DNA of 39,649 bases from a virus (Duplodnaviria; Heunggongvirae; Uroviricota; Caudoviricetes), in the IMG/VR virus record IMGVR_UViG_3300009594_000001. One strand, given 5' to 3'. Positions 17,369 through 26,170 of this stretch are shown here, piece after piece. The position numbers and the translations under genes are program-made. Within the stretch, counting starts at the first letter, position 1. Each line of letters begins with the position of its first letter. The notes under the pieces were generated by a model, which saw nothing but the letters and a program-made list of their open reading frames with translations, ran no database searches and had not been told where the DNA came from.

Positions 17369-17806
17369 ATGACTAAAGAGATAGAAGAATCTGAAGTCAT
17401 AGCGGATGCCCAAGGCAATGACGATTTCCGCCATCAGCTACGGCTGCAAATTACTTCCGACGCCACATACGTAGTAATGCTATCAGTCAGCGACCGTGAT
17501 GATGAGAATGTCATAAGGAAGTTGACTGCAAAGAGGGGCGTTCCATTGGTGCCCTATGCGTACAATCAGGTCAGCGAGCATTACAACGTGCGATGTGTTG
17601 ACTACATGCCTTTAGGGGCCGTCCCGGTCGGCTTTCAGTTGACGCTTCCTGGCGTGTCGTTTTGGAAGGTCCGAGTGCCAATGCCAGAGGACGTGTTGGA
17701 GCGGTTTCTGACCCACGAGCAGAAGCAGGAGGCAGAGGGATTCAAGAACGCTGCTAGGGAAGCCAACCTGAAGGTAGAATACCTCCAGATGGTAAGTTGT
17801 TTCTGA
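17369..17806 (+). CDS. Hypothetical protein
   Basis: 145 aa, AAGGAG SD. Confidence 0.7.
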   Translation: MTKEIEESEVIADAQGNDDFRHQLRLQITSDATYVVMLSVSDRDDENVIRKLTAKRGVPLVPYAYNQVSEHYNVRCVDYMPLGAVPVGFQLTLPGVSFWKVRVPMPEDVLERFLTHEQKQEAEGFKNAAREANLKVEYLQMVSCF

Positions 17807-18339
17807 TGCTAAAGTTTATCTATGTCGGAGATCATGGGTCTAACCGAGATAAGTTCATTCAGAAGGTAAACAAACAAGCCGGAAAGGGCAATTGGTTCTT
17901 CGCCTTCCGAGCCGGGAAGAAACTGTATTCTTGGAATTGGGGTATGCAACTCTATGAGGATGCATACCTTTCTTTTTTAGGCAAGGATATCAACCTTGTC
18001 AAAAAGCTAGTTTCTGCTTGCGATGTCTGCGAAATCAATAACAAAGACCTTGATGCCTATCTTGACTACAAAAAGCAGAAACACGACAGAGATCATTATC
18101 AGGACATAGCGATTCGCCGATGTCTAGTTCGGTTGGGCGTCTGGTTCAAAGGAACCGACCTTTTAAGTGTACCGGGCACCGAGTTCGACCATTCCAAGAT
18201 ACCATTTCACTTGCCACATTTATTGCGGAAGCCAGATTCTTTGAAATCTATTAAGTCATGGCTAGATGGGAATCACTTGTTAGTGATTGCCTCATCTAGC
18301 GAAGACAAGGCAGAGCTTGCAGGAATCATGGTAAACTGA
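17806..18339 (+). CDS. Hypothetical protein
   Basis: TGATG coupling; ATG 17806 preferred as start. Confidence 0.65.
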   Translation: MLKFIYVGDHGSNRDKFIQKVNKQAGKGNWFFAFRAGKKLYSWNWGMQLYEDAYLSFLGKDINLVKKLVSACDVCEINNKDLDAYLDYKKQKHDRDHYQDIAIRRCLVRLGVWFKGTDLLSVPGTEFDHSKIPFHLPHLLRKPDSLKSIKSWLDGNHLLVIASSSEDKAELAGIMVN

Positions 18340-18363
18340 TACCATCCTGTCAGGAGATTACAA

Positions 18364-18885
18364 ATGAGTAAGAGAAAACCCAGAGACGTTCCAAGCCGAG
18401 ATGACTACTACATGGGTCTAGCTTTTTGGATTGCCTCCAAATCGAAAGACCCAGACACCCAGGTGGGTGGCTTGATCGTGAGTGCGGCAAATCGGCCCCT
18501 TGGTTGGGGCTATAACGGACCCCCACAGCAGATCAGGGACGAGGATATAGATTGGTCTCGTCCAGAGAAATACGATTGGGTTGAACACGCCGAAGAGAAT
18601 GCCATCGATCACTCCAGAGGCATGGACCTTACTGGTTCTACGCTGTATGTGATCGCCTCGCCGTGCAAGAATTGTATGCGAAAGATCGTTAAGGCTGGGA
18701 TCAGGCGAGTGGTTTACTTCCCCATCAAGCCCTCCGAAGGGTCTTCTATCAACCAAACCCAAATAAGCAAGTCCGAGGAGATTGCACATGCCGGGCACGT
18801 CCAGTTGGAGCGATTCAAAGGCAACCTTAACTGGATGCGAGATCGCATGAAGTGGATGGAGAGTGTGGGGGTGTTCAATGTATAG
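18364..18885 (+). CDS. dCMP deaminase (ComEB/T4 cd family)
   Basis: SKDPDTQVG, GYNG, HAEENAI and SPCKNC zinc motifs. Confidence 0.92.
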   Translation: MSKRKPRDVPSRDDYYMGLAFWIASKSKDPDTQVGGLIVSAANRPLGWGYNGPPQQIRDEDIDWSRPEKYDWVEHAEENAIDHSRGMDLTGSTLYVIASPCKNCMRKIVKAGIRRVVYFPIKPSEGSSINQTQISKSEEIAHAGHVQLERFKGNLNWMRDRMKWMESVGVFNV

Positions 18886-19255
18886 TCTTGTTTTACTCAA
18901 GCCAGATGCGGTCGAAAACACGATGGTCGGCGATCTGATAGGACGTTTCGAGCGACACTTCTCAATCGCCGGTCTCAAGTGGGTCAAAATGAATACGGAC
19001 TTGTGCAAGAAGCACTATCGGGAGCATGTAGGAAAAGATTTCTACCCAGGTCTGGAAAAGTTTATGACTAGTGGTCCGACCGTGGCGTTGGCGATGGAAG
19101 GCGACGTTTCCCTGGTTAGACGCTTAGGAATGATGTTGCGGATCGAGTTTAACCCAGACTACGCTGGTGGTCCACGGAATCTAATCCACGCCTCTGATGG
19201 TCCTGAATCTGCGGCTCGTGAGATAGCCTTGTGGTTTCCTGAACTGGTCTCCTAA
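18878..19255 (+). CDS. ndk: Nucleoside diphosphate kinase with shortened Kpn loop
   Basis: LKPDAV, HY.EH.GK.FY and RNLIHASD (catalytic His); start reassigned to ATG 18878. Confidence 0.9.
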   Translation: MYSLVLLKPDAVENTMVGDLIGRFERHFSIAGLKWVKMNTDLCKKHYREHVGKDFYPGLEKFMTSGPTVALAMEGDVSLVRRLGMMLRIEFNPDYAGGPRNLIHASDGPESAAREIALWFPELVS

Positions 19256-19258
19256 ATA
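19253..19258 (+). promoter_or_regulatory. Putative late-promoter box TAAATA
   Basis: 5 nt before ATG 19264; overlaps the ndk stop codon; same motif recurs before other genes. Confidence 0.5.
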
Positions 19259-19263
19259 CAGGT

Positions 19264-20127
19264 ATGGGAATCACAGGAGTACGAGTCGGGGTTTCTTGCT
19301 CACCAAAGAACAACTGCATTGATGTGCTAGGCTGCCCGAAAGGGGTATGTCCAGACTTCACCATTCGTCGCCATGATACGCAACCGCCATTTCGAGTCTT
19401 GGTTGAAGATTGCGATGGTCTTCTAGACCTTACCAGCGAACACTTAATCCTCGAAGTCAATATGTGGGCCAAAGCCAAACTGAAAAAGGCTATCACTGCC
19501 TGCGAAGATTACTTTGCTTTGGCTGACAACATAGGATTTGACCAGATTATGGTCGGTGATGTAATCATCATGGATCGTGTCAGAAATCCAGAGAGAATGT
19601 TGGTAACTGCTTTTGATGAGCAGAATAAACTTGTCAAAGTACAGAGAGGTCATCAGAACACAGAGTCTTCCGCTTGGAAAAAGGGCACCACAATGAAGAT
19701 CATGCGAGTGATTTCAGCGGCGGCGTCCATTGAAAGTGAGCGTCAGGATGTGCTACAGATTGACGGCACCACAGCCGAAGACCAATTGATTGCTACCTAT
19801 CTAGTACACAATTGGAAAGCGAACGATGTTTGTCTTCCTGGCTGTTACTGGCTGGAGTTCAAGTTGCTCAAGATGATAGATTTGGACCCCGATGGTGATG
19901 GTATATCTATTTCGTTGCCCAATCTGTTGTTTACATGCCCCGAAGTACCTAGTATAGTTTCTTGCGATCCAACTATATCCAACGTACCTAGTTTCACTCC
20001 AAGCACTATACCGGAGTGCCTGGGATGCTTTCTAGGTGATGGAGTAGAATGGATTCGTAGATTTCCAATTGAGGGCGAGGGCTTCTTAATCAAAATAGTT
20101 GATTCGCCAACAAAAGAGCTTGTATAA
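19264..20127 (+). CDS. Probable virion protein, BppU/baseplate-N-like
   Basis: FTIRRHDTQPPFRVLVEDCDGLLDLT...YWLEFKL resembles the GDT.P...D..G..DLTG...Y..EF baseplate Ig-like domain. Confidence 0.45.
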   Translation: MGITGVRVGVSCSPKNNCIDVLGCPKGVCPDFTIRRHDTQPPFRVLVEDCDGLLDLTSEHLILEVNMWAKAKLKKAITACEDYFALADNIGFDQIMVGDVIIMDRVRNPERMLVTAFDEQNKLVKVQRGHQNTESSAWKKGTTMKIMRVISAAASIESERQDVLQIDGTTAEDQLIATYLVHNWKANDVCLPGCYWLEFKLLKMIDLDPDGDGISISLPNLLFTCPEVPSIVSCDPTISNVPSFTPSTIPECLGCFLGDGVEWIRRFPIEGEGFLIKIVDSPTKELV

Positions 20128-20143
20128 TTTGGGAGGAGAGCCA

Positions 20144-21775
20144 ATGCCAAGTGTAGCTGATTTCCTAATTGAACGGCTGGCGAATTCTGGAGTCAAACAT
20201 GTGTTTGGCGTGCCAGGAGACTATGTACTTGGTTTTTATAAGAGACTAAGCGACTCACCAGATGTTGAAATAATCAATACAACAGATGAAAATCATGCTG
20301 GCTTTGCGGCAGACGCATATGCTCGTGTGCATGGGATTGGTGCTGTGTGCGTTACCTATAACGTCGGGGCACTGAAAATTGCCAACGCTGTCGCTTGTGC
20401 TTACGCCGAACGCTCCCCCATAGTTGTCATTTCTGGTTCCCCTGGGTTGAAGGAACGAGACGAAGGGTTCTTGTTGCACCACATGGTTCGCTCTTTCGAG
20501 TGCCAGAGGAAGGTCTTTGAGAACATTACCTGTGCCTCGGTTGTGTTGGACGACCTCGGCAAGGCTGGATATGCAATAGACCGGGTTCTTTGTGCCTTAC
20601 AGCACTACAAGCAACCCGTATACATTGAATTGCCTCGTGACGTGGCTGAAAAACCTGTGGGTTACGATGTATACACTCAGGGCACGCCTTCACTTCCCCA
20701 AACAGACGTGCAGAATCTTGAGGAAGCCCTGGCAGAGACCGTTCAGTGGATCGAGTCGGCCAAGAAGCCGGTGATCCTGGCCGGTGTCCAGCTTGCGAGA
20801 TATGGTCTCGGCACCGATCTAGTCAAGTTTGCCGAGAAGAAGAATATTCCTATACTCACCGATTTGTCGAGTAAGTCGGTGGTCAGTGAGAAACATCGGT
20901 TATTTGCTGGCTCTTACTTGGGTAACGTGAGCAGTCCTACCATTCGGCAATTGGTGGATGAATCAGACTGCATCCTCATGTTTGGGGTGCTGTTGACCGA
21001 TATGACGCTTTGTTTCAGACCAGTGAAATTCAGTATGAGGAATACTGTATCTTGTTCTGTAGAGGGGCTGAAGGTTAGAAACCATCTTTACGAAAATGTA
21101 CACTTCAAGGATTTTTGCACAGCCTTGTTCAAAGCCGAAGTCACTGTACAACCCAAGGGAGAGGGTTTCCCCAAGAAAGACATACCGTCATTTGTGCCCA
21201 GGGCAGATAAGAAGATCACTGTGATCAGGCTTTTCGAGAAGATAAATTCAATTCTCAACGACAATTATTCTATAATCGCCGATATCGGAGACTCGCTTTT
21301 CGGTGCTTCCGACTTGACGGTGCATAACAAAAATACCTTCCTTGGAAGTGCGTTTTATGCTAGTATGGGCTACGCTATCCCCGGTGCTTTGGGCATGAGT
21401 ATTGCCCAGCCGGACAAGCGGGTTATCGTCGTGGTTGGCGATGGAGCTTTCCAGATGTCGTGCACCGAGCTAAGTACGCTCGTTGCCAAAAAGCTCAATT
21501 CTATAATCTTTGTTTTGAACAATAGGGGGTATACTACCGAAAGGTTCCTGATAGACGGGCCTTTCAACGATGTGCCGAACTGGAACTACCACAAGATCAC
21601 TGAAACCATCTGTGGTGGCAAGGGTGTTCTAGTCGATTCAGAAGAAGGTTTGGAGAGAGCGGTCGCCGATGCCCTGAAGAGCCGAGAACTATTCATTATT
21701 AACGTCATGCTCGATCCAATGGATATTTCTCCAGCGTTGAAAAGGATGACCGACAGCCTTTCTCAAAGGATGTAG
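20144..21775 (+). CDS. TPP-dependent 2-keto-acid decarboxylase (pyruvate/indolepyruvate decarboxylase family)
   Basis: FGVPGDY, TDENHAGFAADAYAR, LLHHM, GDGAFQM...NNRGYTTER; start reassigned to ATG 20144 with GGAGG SD. Confidence 0.92.
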   Translation: MPSVADFLIERLANSGVKHVFGVPGDYVLGFYKRLSDSPDVEIINTTDENHAGFAADAYARVHGIGAVCVTYNVGALKIANAVACAYAERSPIVVISGSPGLKERDEGFLLHHMVRSFECQRKVFENITCASVVLDDLGKAGYAIDRVLCALQHYKQPVYIELPRDVAEKPVGYDVYTQGTPSLPQTDVQNLEEALAETVQWIESAKKPVILAGVQLARYGLGTDLVKFAEKKNIPILTDLSSKSVVSEKHRLFAGSYLGNVSSPTIRQLVDESDCILMFGVLLTDMTLCFRPVKFSMRNTVSCSVEGLKVRNHLYENVHFKDFCTALFKAEVTVQPKGEGFPKKDIPSFVPRADKKITVIRLFEKINSILNDNYSIIADIGDSLFGASDLTVHNKNTFLGSAFYASMGYAIPGALGMSIAQPDKRVIVVVGDGAFQMSCTELSTLVAKKLNSIIFVLNNRGYTTERFLIDGPFNDVPNWNYHKITETICGGKGVLVDSEEGLERAVADALKSRELFIINVMLDPMDISPALKRMTDSLSQRM

Positions 21776-21783
21776 TGTTTTCC

Positions 21784-22386
21784 ATGAAGCCTTACAAATT
21801 CCATAGGGATAACCGTGGTCCAAGCAACAGAGTCAATGAGCAGATTAGGCTGTCGCCGATCTTGCTCATTGACGAAAACGGAAATAAAGTTGGCGTTATT
21901 TCTAATAGAGATGCGTTAGCTAAAGCTAGAGAAGTAGGGTTGGACTTAGTAGAAGTCTCGCCGAATGTGCGTCCGCCTGTCTGTCGTATCATGGACTATG
22001 GCAAGTTTAAGTACGAGCAGAGCATCAAGGAGAAGAAGCAGAAACCGAAAGCATCTCAGGTCAAGGAAGTCAGATTCCGACCGTCCATTGGGGATGCCGA
22101 TGTCCAGACAAAGATACGTTCTATACGGAGCTTCTTGGAGGACGGACAGAAGGTTCAGATTCGCCTGGAGTTCAAAGCCAGGGAAAATGCACACAAAGAC
22201 CTGGGGTACGAGGTAGTTAAGAAGGTCACGGAGGCCGTGGCTGATATCGCCACTACTACTATGCCTCGGTCGGAGGGAAGATTTCTCTCCTGTTTAATTG
22301 AACTCAAGAGGAAATCGATTGGTGGAAAAGATGAATTACTTTCCGAAGCCCAAAGGGACAAGGGAGTTAGTACAGGAAACGCATGA
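21784..22386 (+). CDS. infC: Translation initiation factor IF-3
   Basis: RVNEQIR, GLDLVEVSP...PPVCRIMDYGKFKYEQ, VKEVRFRPSIG..D...K, FLEDGQKV. Confidence 0.93.
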   Translation: MKPYKFHRDNRGPSNRVNEQIRLSPILLIDENGNKVGVISNRDALAKAREVGLDLVEVSPNVRPPVCRIMDYGKFKYEQSIKEKKQKPKASQVKEVRFRPSIGDADVQTKIRSIRSFLEDGQKVQIRLEFKARENAHKDLGYEVVKKVTEAVADIATTTMPRSEGRFLSCLIELKRKSIGGKDELLSEAQRDKGVSTGNA

Positions 22387-23584
22387 GAAGGCTCTGGCCG
22401 CTGTGTTTGCTCCTAGTGAGAAGGTAGACACTCCATCTTCCCCTGGCATTCCTCTTCTAAGAACGATCCTTGAGAAACCAGAGGCCGCTAGGCAAGCACT
22501 TCTAGGCGATTTTGGAGATCGCCTCTTTGACTTCGCTAGCTCGATTGATCTCAAGCACCCCGACGTATTGCAAAACACAATTCTAGACGGTACGTTGGGC
22601 GGTGAATTCTCTACCAAGATTCAGCAGTTGTTCGCACTTTACGAGTTTGCGTCTGAGAGAGACCTGACCACAGTGATACCATGCATCGTAAAGGTAGCTC
22701 TGACACGCATAGAGAAGGAACTAAAGGCCATTGGCTCGCCATATGATAATCAGCAATTGGTGCGACTACTACCGACTCGTGAAGAAAGAGATGTAGTTCG
22801 CAAGACGAAAGAGGTACGAGATATACGTCTGGGGTACTACCTCAAGAAAGGCGAATCGGTTTGGGCCGGGCTACCTACTACTTTTGACATGTTTATCCGG
22901 CATAGCACCCTTTACAGGCAGGAAGTAGACAAAGCCAAGAAGAAGGCCGATAAGTTTGCTTCGCTTGGATGTGTGAGCATGGCTAAGGTGGTCGAGGACT
23001 CCATAGCTTCGTTTTCCGAGAAAATCGGTGATAGTCACTATGGTTTCCACCGAGTTACATTGGCAAATGCGGCTTTAATTGCGGCCAAGATGTATAAGTT
23101 TCCCATCAACTTCAAGACACCGGAAACTCTCAAGGTGCCGAAGGACTTTTTTGGCTACGATCTACATCCGTGCAAGGGCGATGTGATTGTGTCTAAGCGG
23201 GGCAGCCGCACGCCGCACATGATCGGGACTCTAGCCCCTTCACTAATGGACTATGCCCCTCGTGTCTATCCGGTGCATAGGTTGGTTAAAACAATGTCCA
23301 ATCAAATGCTCAAAGTGCTAGACCGCTTGGAGTCTTTTCCAGAAGCCGATGACAAATCTTTGTTCGATCATTACTTGGTCGTCGTGCCAAGTGTCAGGTG
23401 CCCGAAAGATATGGACAACAAGCTCAGTTTCTATGAGCGAAATGCGAAAACTAGGTCCGTCTTCAAAAACGAAAAGGAAGCAAATGAGGCTTTGGACATA
23501 CATCTAATCACCATAGGCACCGTTCACCCGCTTCTGTTGGGGGAGAAGGACGGTAAGTGCTACTTTATTTCGTATTGGAGATAG
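22331..23584 (+). CDS. Hypothetical protein
   Basis: About 417 aa from ATG 22331, overlapping the infC 3' end. Confidence 0.75.
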   Translation: MNYFPKPKGTRELVQETHEKALAAVFAPSEKVDTPSSPGIPLLRTILEKPEAARQALLGDFGDRLFDFASSIDLKHPDVLQNTILDGTLGGEFSTKIQQLFALYEFASERDLTTVIPCIVKVALTRIEKELKAIGSPYDNQQLVRLLPTREERDVVRKTKEVRDIRLGYYLKKGESVWAGLPTTFDMFIRHSTLYRQEVDKAKKKADKFASLGCVSMAKVVEDSIASFSEKIGDSHYGFHRVTLANAALIAAKMYKFPINFKTPETLKVPKDFFGYDLHPCKGDVIVSKRGSRTPHMIGTLAPSLMDYAPRVYPVHRLVKTMSNQMLKVLDRLESFPEADDKSLFDHYLVVVPSVRCPKDMDNKLSFYERNAKTRSVFKNEKEANEALDIHLITIGTVHPLLLGEKDGKCYFISYWR

Positions 23585-23691
23585 TATGGCTGTTACATTG
23601 ACAGAACGTGTGGTTAAGGAACTCAAGCACATCATCCAAGAACAACACGCCAATGAGCCGGAAATCTACATCCGTGCTGGCGTGAGAGGGG

Positions 23692-24450
23692 AGGTTTAGC
23701 AGTTTTCACTGAACCCATGACAAAACCCGAAAATCTATGAAAATCGGCTAAAAATCGGAGGAAAATGACGATGAATACTGCTCGGTGGGCGGTGTTTTTG
23801 GACTCGTTCAACGAGGAGTGGCAGTACAAAGTTGATGGCTACGAACTACTGGACGGTATCTGCTTGATTTCTGGTTGCCACGGTTGTACTGCTGGCTGGA
23901 GATCAAGGGCGAGAAGCCGACCGAGTTGGAAGAAAAAATGCTCTACGAGTTGGCTTACGCTACAGACAAGCCAGTGGCGATAGTATGGGGTTTGCCGGTC
24001 GCCGCACGGAAGTATTATCACGATGGCAAGAAGTGCATCCCCGACTACATCACAGAACACATCTTGTCATGTCCACGCAGAGCGGAGTTCACACGTCAGG
24101 GAAAGGCGAACCCGGTGTATGAGGACTATACCGCCGAAAGGCTCAAAATCGGCAGCAGGAAATGGAATAGAAAACAAAGCAACTTTGTCTGGAGGAAGTT
24201 CTTGACCTTACTGGAACGCAAGTGTGGAGAATGGTCGTTCACCAGTATCATCGGCAAGTACAAGTACAGGTGGATGCACAAGACAAGTATCCATGAGTCG
24301 GCGGCTTTTGTGATAGGTCGGTGTGGACTTGGGTATAACGAAGCCGTCCTCACAGGACTACAGGTTAGACTGGCAGACCTAAAAGAGTTTGTTGGCACTT
24401 GAAAGAGGGCGATTTTAGAGTCCCATGATTTTCATGGGTTTTAGAAAGCA
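23692..24450 (+). mobile_element. Non-autonomous IS200/IS605- or IS607-like element carrying a tnpB remnant
   Basis: Interrupts iscA at the GGGCSG motif; AGGTT at both junctions; right-end hairpin CCCATGA-TTT-TCATGGG (24422-24438); AACCCATGA near the left end is the inverse of TCATGGGTT. Confidence 0.75.
23765..24402 (+). pseudogene. tnpB: Degenerate, internally deleted and frameshifted TnpB
   Basis: C-terminal NRKQSNFVWRKFLTLLERK...TSIIGKYKY...SIHESAAFVIGRCGLG is typical of one TnpB clade; split over two overlapping frames. Confidence 0.7.
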
Positions 24451-24685
24451 GGTTGTAGCGGCTTCCAGTATAACTTTAGCTTGGATGAATACTTCGATGA
24501 GACCAAAGATGTTATGACAGAACAGGACGGACTCAAGGTGGTTGTCGATAAGCGGTCGATGATGTACATCGATGGGACCACTATCGATTTTCATGACTCG
24601 TTAGACAAACGGGGATTCGTTTTCAATAACCCATCTGTCAAAACCACCTGCTGTTGCGGTTCTAGTTTCTCTATGTGAGGAACCT

Positions 24686-26170
24686 ATGCAATACATTGGG
24701 ATGAACTACATTAACGGCGATTTTTGTGTGACCAGGGTGGATTTCTCGGACGTGAATCCCTGTACCGAGGACAGCCTGGGGATGTTCCCTCAGTCTACTG
24801 AGGCCGAGGTCGGCGAGGCTATCACTGCTGCCAAGTCTGCTTTTAAGAAATGGAACAGCTTGAGTCGTGTCCAGCGAGCGGACCTGTTTGACAAACTGGC
24901 ACAGTTAATCAAGCAGGATGCCGCAAACCTCCAGAGAATCATCTGCGAAGAGACCGGCAAGAACCAAAATGAGGCACACGCCGAGGTAATAGAGGCGTTG
25001 CATATGTGTCAGACAGTTGCCGCTTCCGGCAGGAATCCTTGTGGCGATTGGATGGCATCTGAATTGGCTACTAAGGATGCCTATGTGATCCGCAAACCAA
25101 AGGGCGTGGTTCTCGTAATCAGTCCTTGGAACTTTCCGCTAGCTATAGGGTCGTTCTGGTTGAGTGGTCCTACTTTACTGGAAGGAAATTGTGTGGTCCA
25201 CAAACCGTCTGAGTTGACACCAATGACTGCTCAGGCAGCAGCCGCTCTTTACAATGCGGCTGGTTTTCCATACGGCGTGTACAACTTATTGCATGGAGAT
25301 GGATCGGTTGGGCGTAAGTTGGTGGAACATCCTGGTGTAGATTGTATTCTTTTTACCGGCAGTCCGCAAGTTGGACAGTATATTCGACAAGAGTGTGCTA
25401 ATTCGTGGCACAAGACCTGTGCCTGCGAAATGGGCGGCAAGTCAGCGGTGCTTTTGTTCGAGGACGGTAATCAGGAGTTGGCCTTGGATGTCATGGTTGC
25501 TAGTTCCTTGAAGTTATCTGGTCAACGCTGTGTCTCTGCTGGAAGACTGCTGATCCAGAGGAGTATTTTCGAGGACTTCACCGAGAGGTTCGTGTACCGA
25601 GTGTCTGGGTTGGTGCCGGGCGATCCATTCAATTACGAGGACGTGGACCCGCCATACTATGGGCCATTGATTAGTGCAAAGCAGTTAGATCGGGTCATGT
25701 ACTACAACATGCAGACGACTCGTGATCCAGCGGTTGAGGTTCTGTTGGAGGGTCATCGTTTGAATCGGTCTGGTTATTTTCTGACGCCTCACGTCTACCG
25801 AACCGAGTGGCACGATGCACCCTTTTTGAAGGAAGAAGTTTTCGGGCCGCATATTGCTTTGATTCCCTTCAACGATCTAGATGATGCGATAAGGATATAC
25901 AACGACACGGAGTATGGGTTAGCCTGCGGGGTTATCACTGATGATTTCCGCAAGATGAGGCGATGTCGGGACGAGTGCAAAGCTGGGATGATCTACTTGA
26001 ACGGCGGAAGCATAGCAGCAGAAAGTCACATGCCCTTCGGCGGCATAGGCAAGTCTGGAAACGGGTACAAGTCAGCAGCAGGGACGTACAAAGCCGTCAC
26101 GGAGGAAGTCGCAGTTACAGTCAACTACGAGGTCGGCAAGATGACATGGGCACAAGGTATGAAGTCATGA
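24686..26170 (+). CDS. NAD(P)-dependent aldehyde dehydrogenase
   Basis: ISPWNFP, HKPSELTP, FTGS, EMGGKS (catalytic Glu), SGQRCVS (catalytic Cys), EEVFGP. Confidence 0.95.
   Translation: MQYIGMNYINGDFCVTRVDFSDVNPCTEDSLGMFPQSTEAEVGEAITAAKSAFKKWNSLSRVQRADLFDKLAQLIKQDAANLQRIICEETGKNQNEAHAEVIEALHMCQTVAASGRNPCGDWMASELATKDAYVIRKPKGVVLVISPWNFPLAIGSFWLSGPTLLEGNCVVHKPSELTPMTAQAAAALYNAAGFPYGVYNLLHGDGSVGRKLVEHPGVDCILFTGSPQVGQYIRQECANSWHKTCACEMGGKSAVLLFEDGNQELALDVMVASSLKLSGQRCVSAGRLLIQRSIFEDFTERFVYRVSGLVPGDPFNYEDVDPPYYGPLISAKQLDRVMYYNMQTTRDPAVEVLLEGHRLNRSGYFLTPHVYRTEWHDAPFLKEEVFGPHIALIPFNDLDDAIRIYNDTEYGLACGVITDDFRKMRRCRDECKAGMIYLNGGSIAAESHMPFGGIGKSGNGYKSAAGTYKAVTEEVAVTVNYEVGKMTWAQGMKS

Larger units (their letters stand above)
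23586..24678 (+). pseudogene. iscA: IscA/HesB/ErpA Fe-S carrier gene split by an IS-like insertion
   Basis: 5' half MAVTLTERVVKELK...IYIRAGVRG (23586-23690); 3' half [12 protein letters not shown]...[18 protein letters not shown]...[21 protein letters not shown] (24451-24678). Confidence 0.88.

Noticed and set aside
18418-19008. 196-aa minus-strand ORF and many other short antisense or alternate-frame ORFs in the track
   Set aside because: Fully overlap well-supported genes on the other strand or frame and show no motifs
23692-24450. IStron (self-splicing group I intron carrying TnpB) that would restore iscA
   Set aside because: The tnpB remnant fills most of the 760 bp, leaving no room for a group I core, and no U/G junction pair restores the frame
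25963-26166. Upstream extension of the ugd ORF
   Set aside because: Lies inside the ALDH gene; the Rossmann motif begins right after ATG 26167, an ATGA overlap
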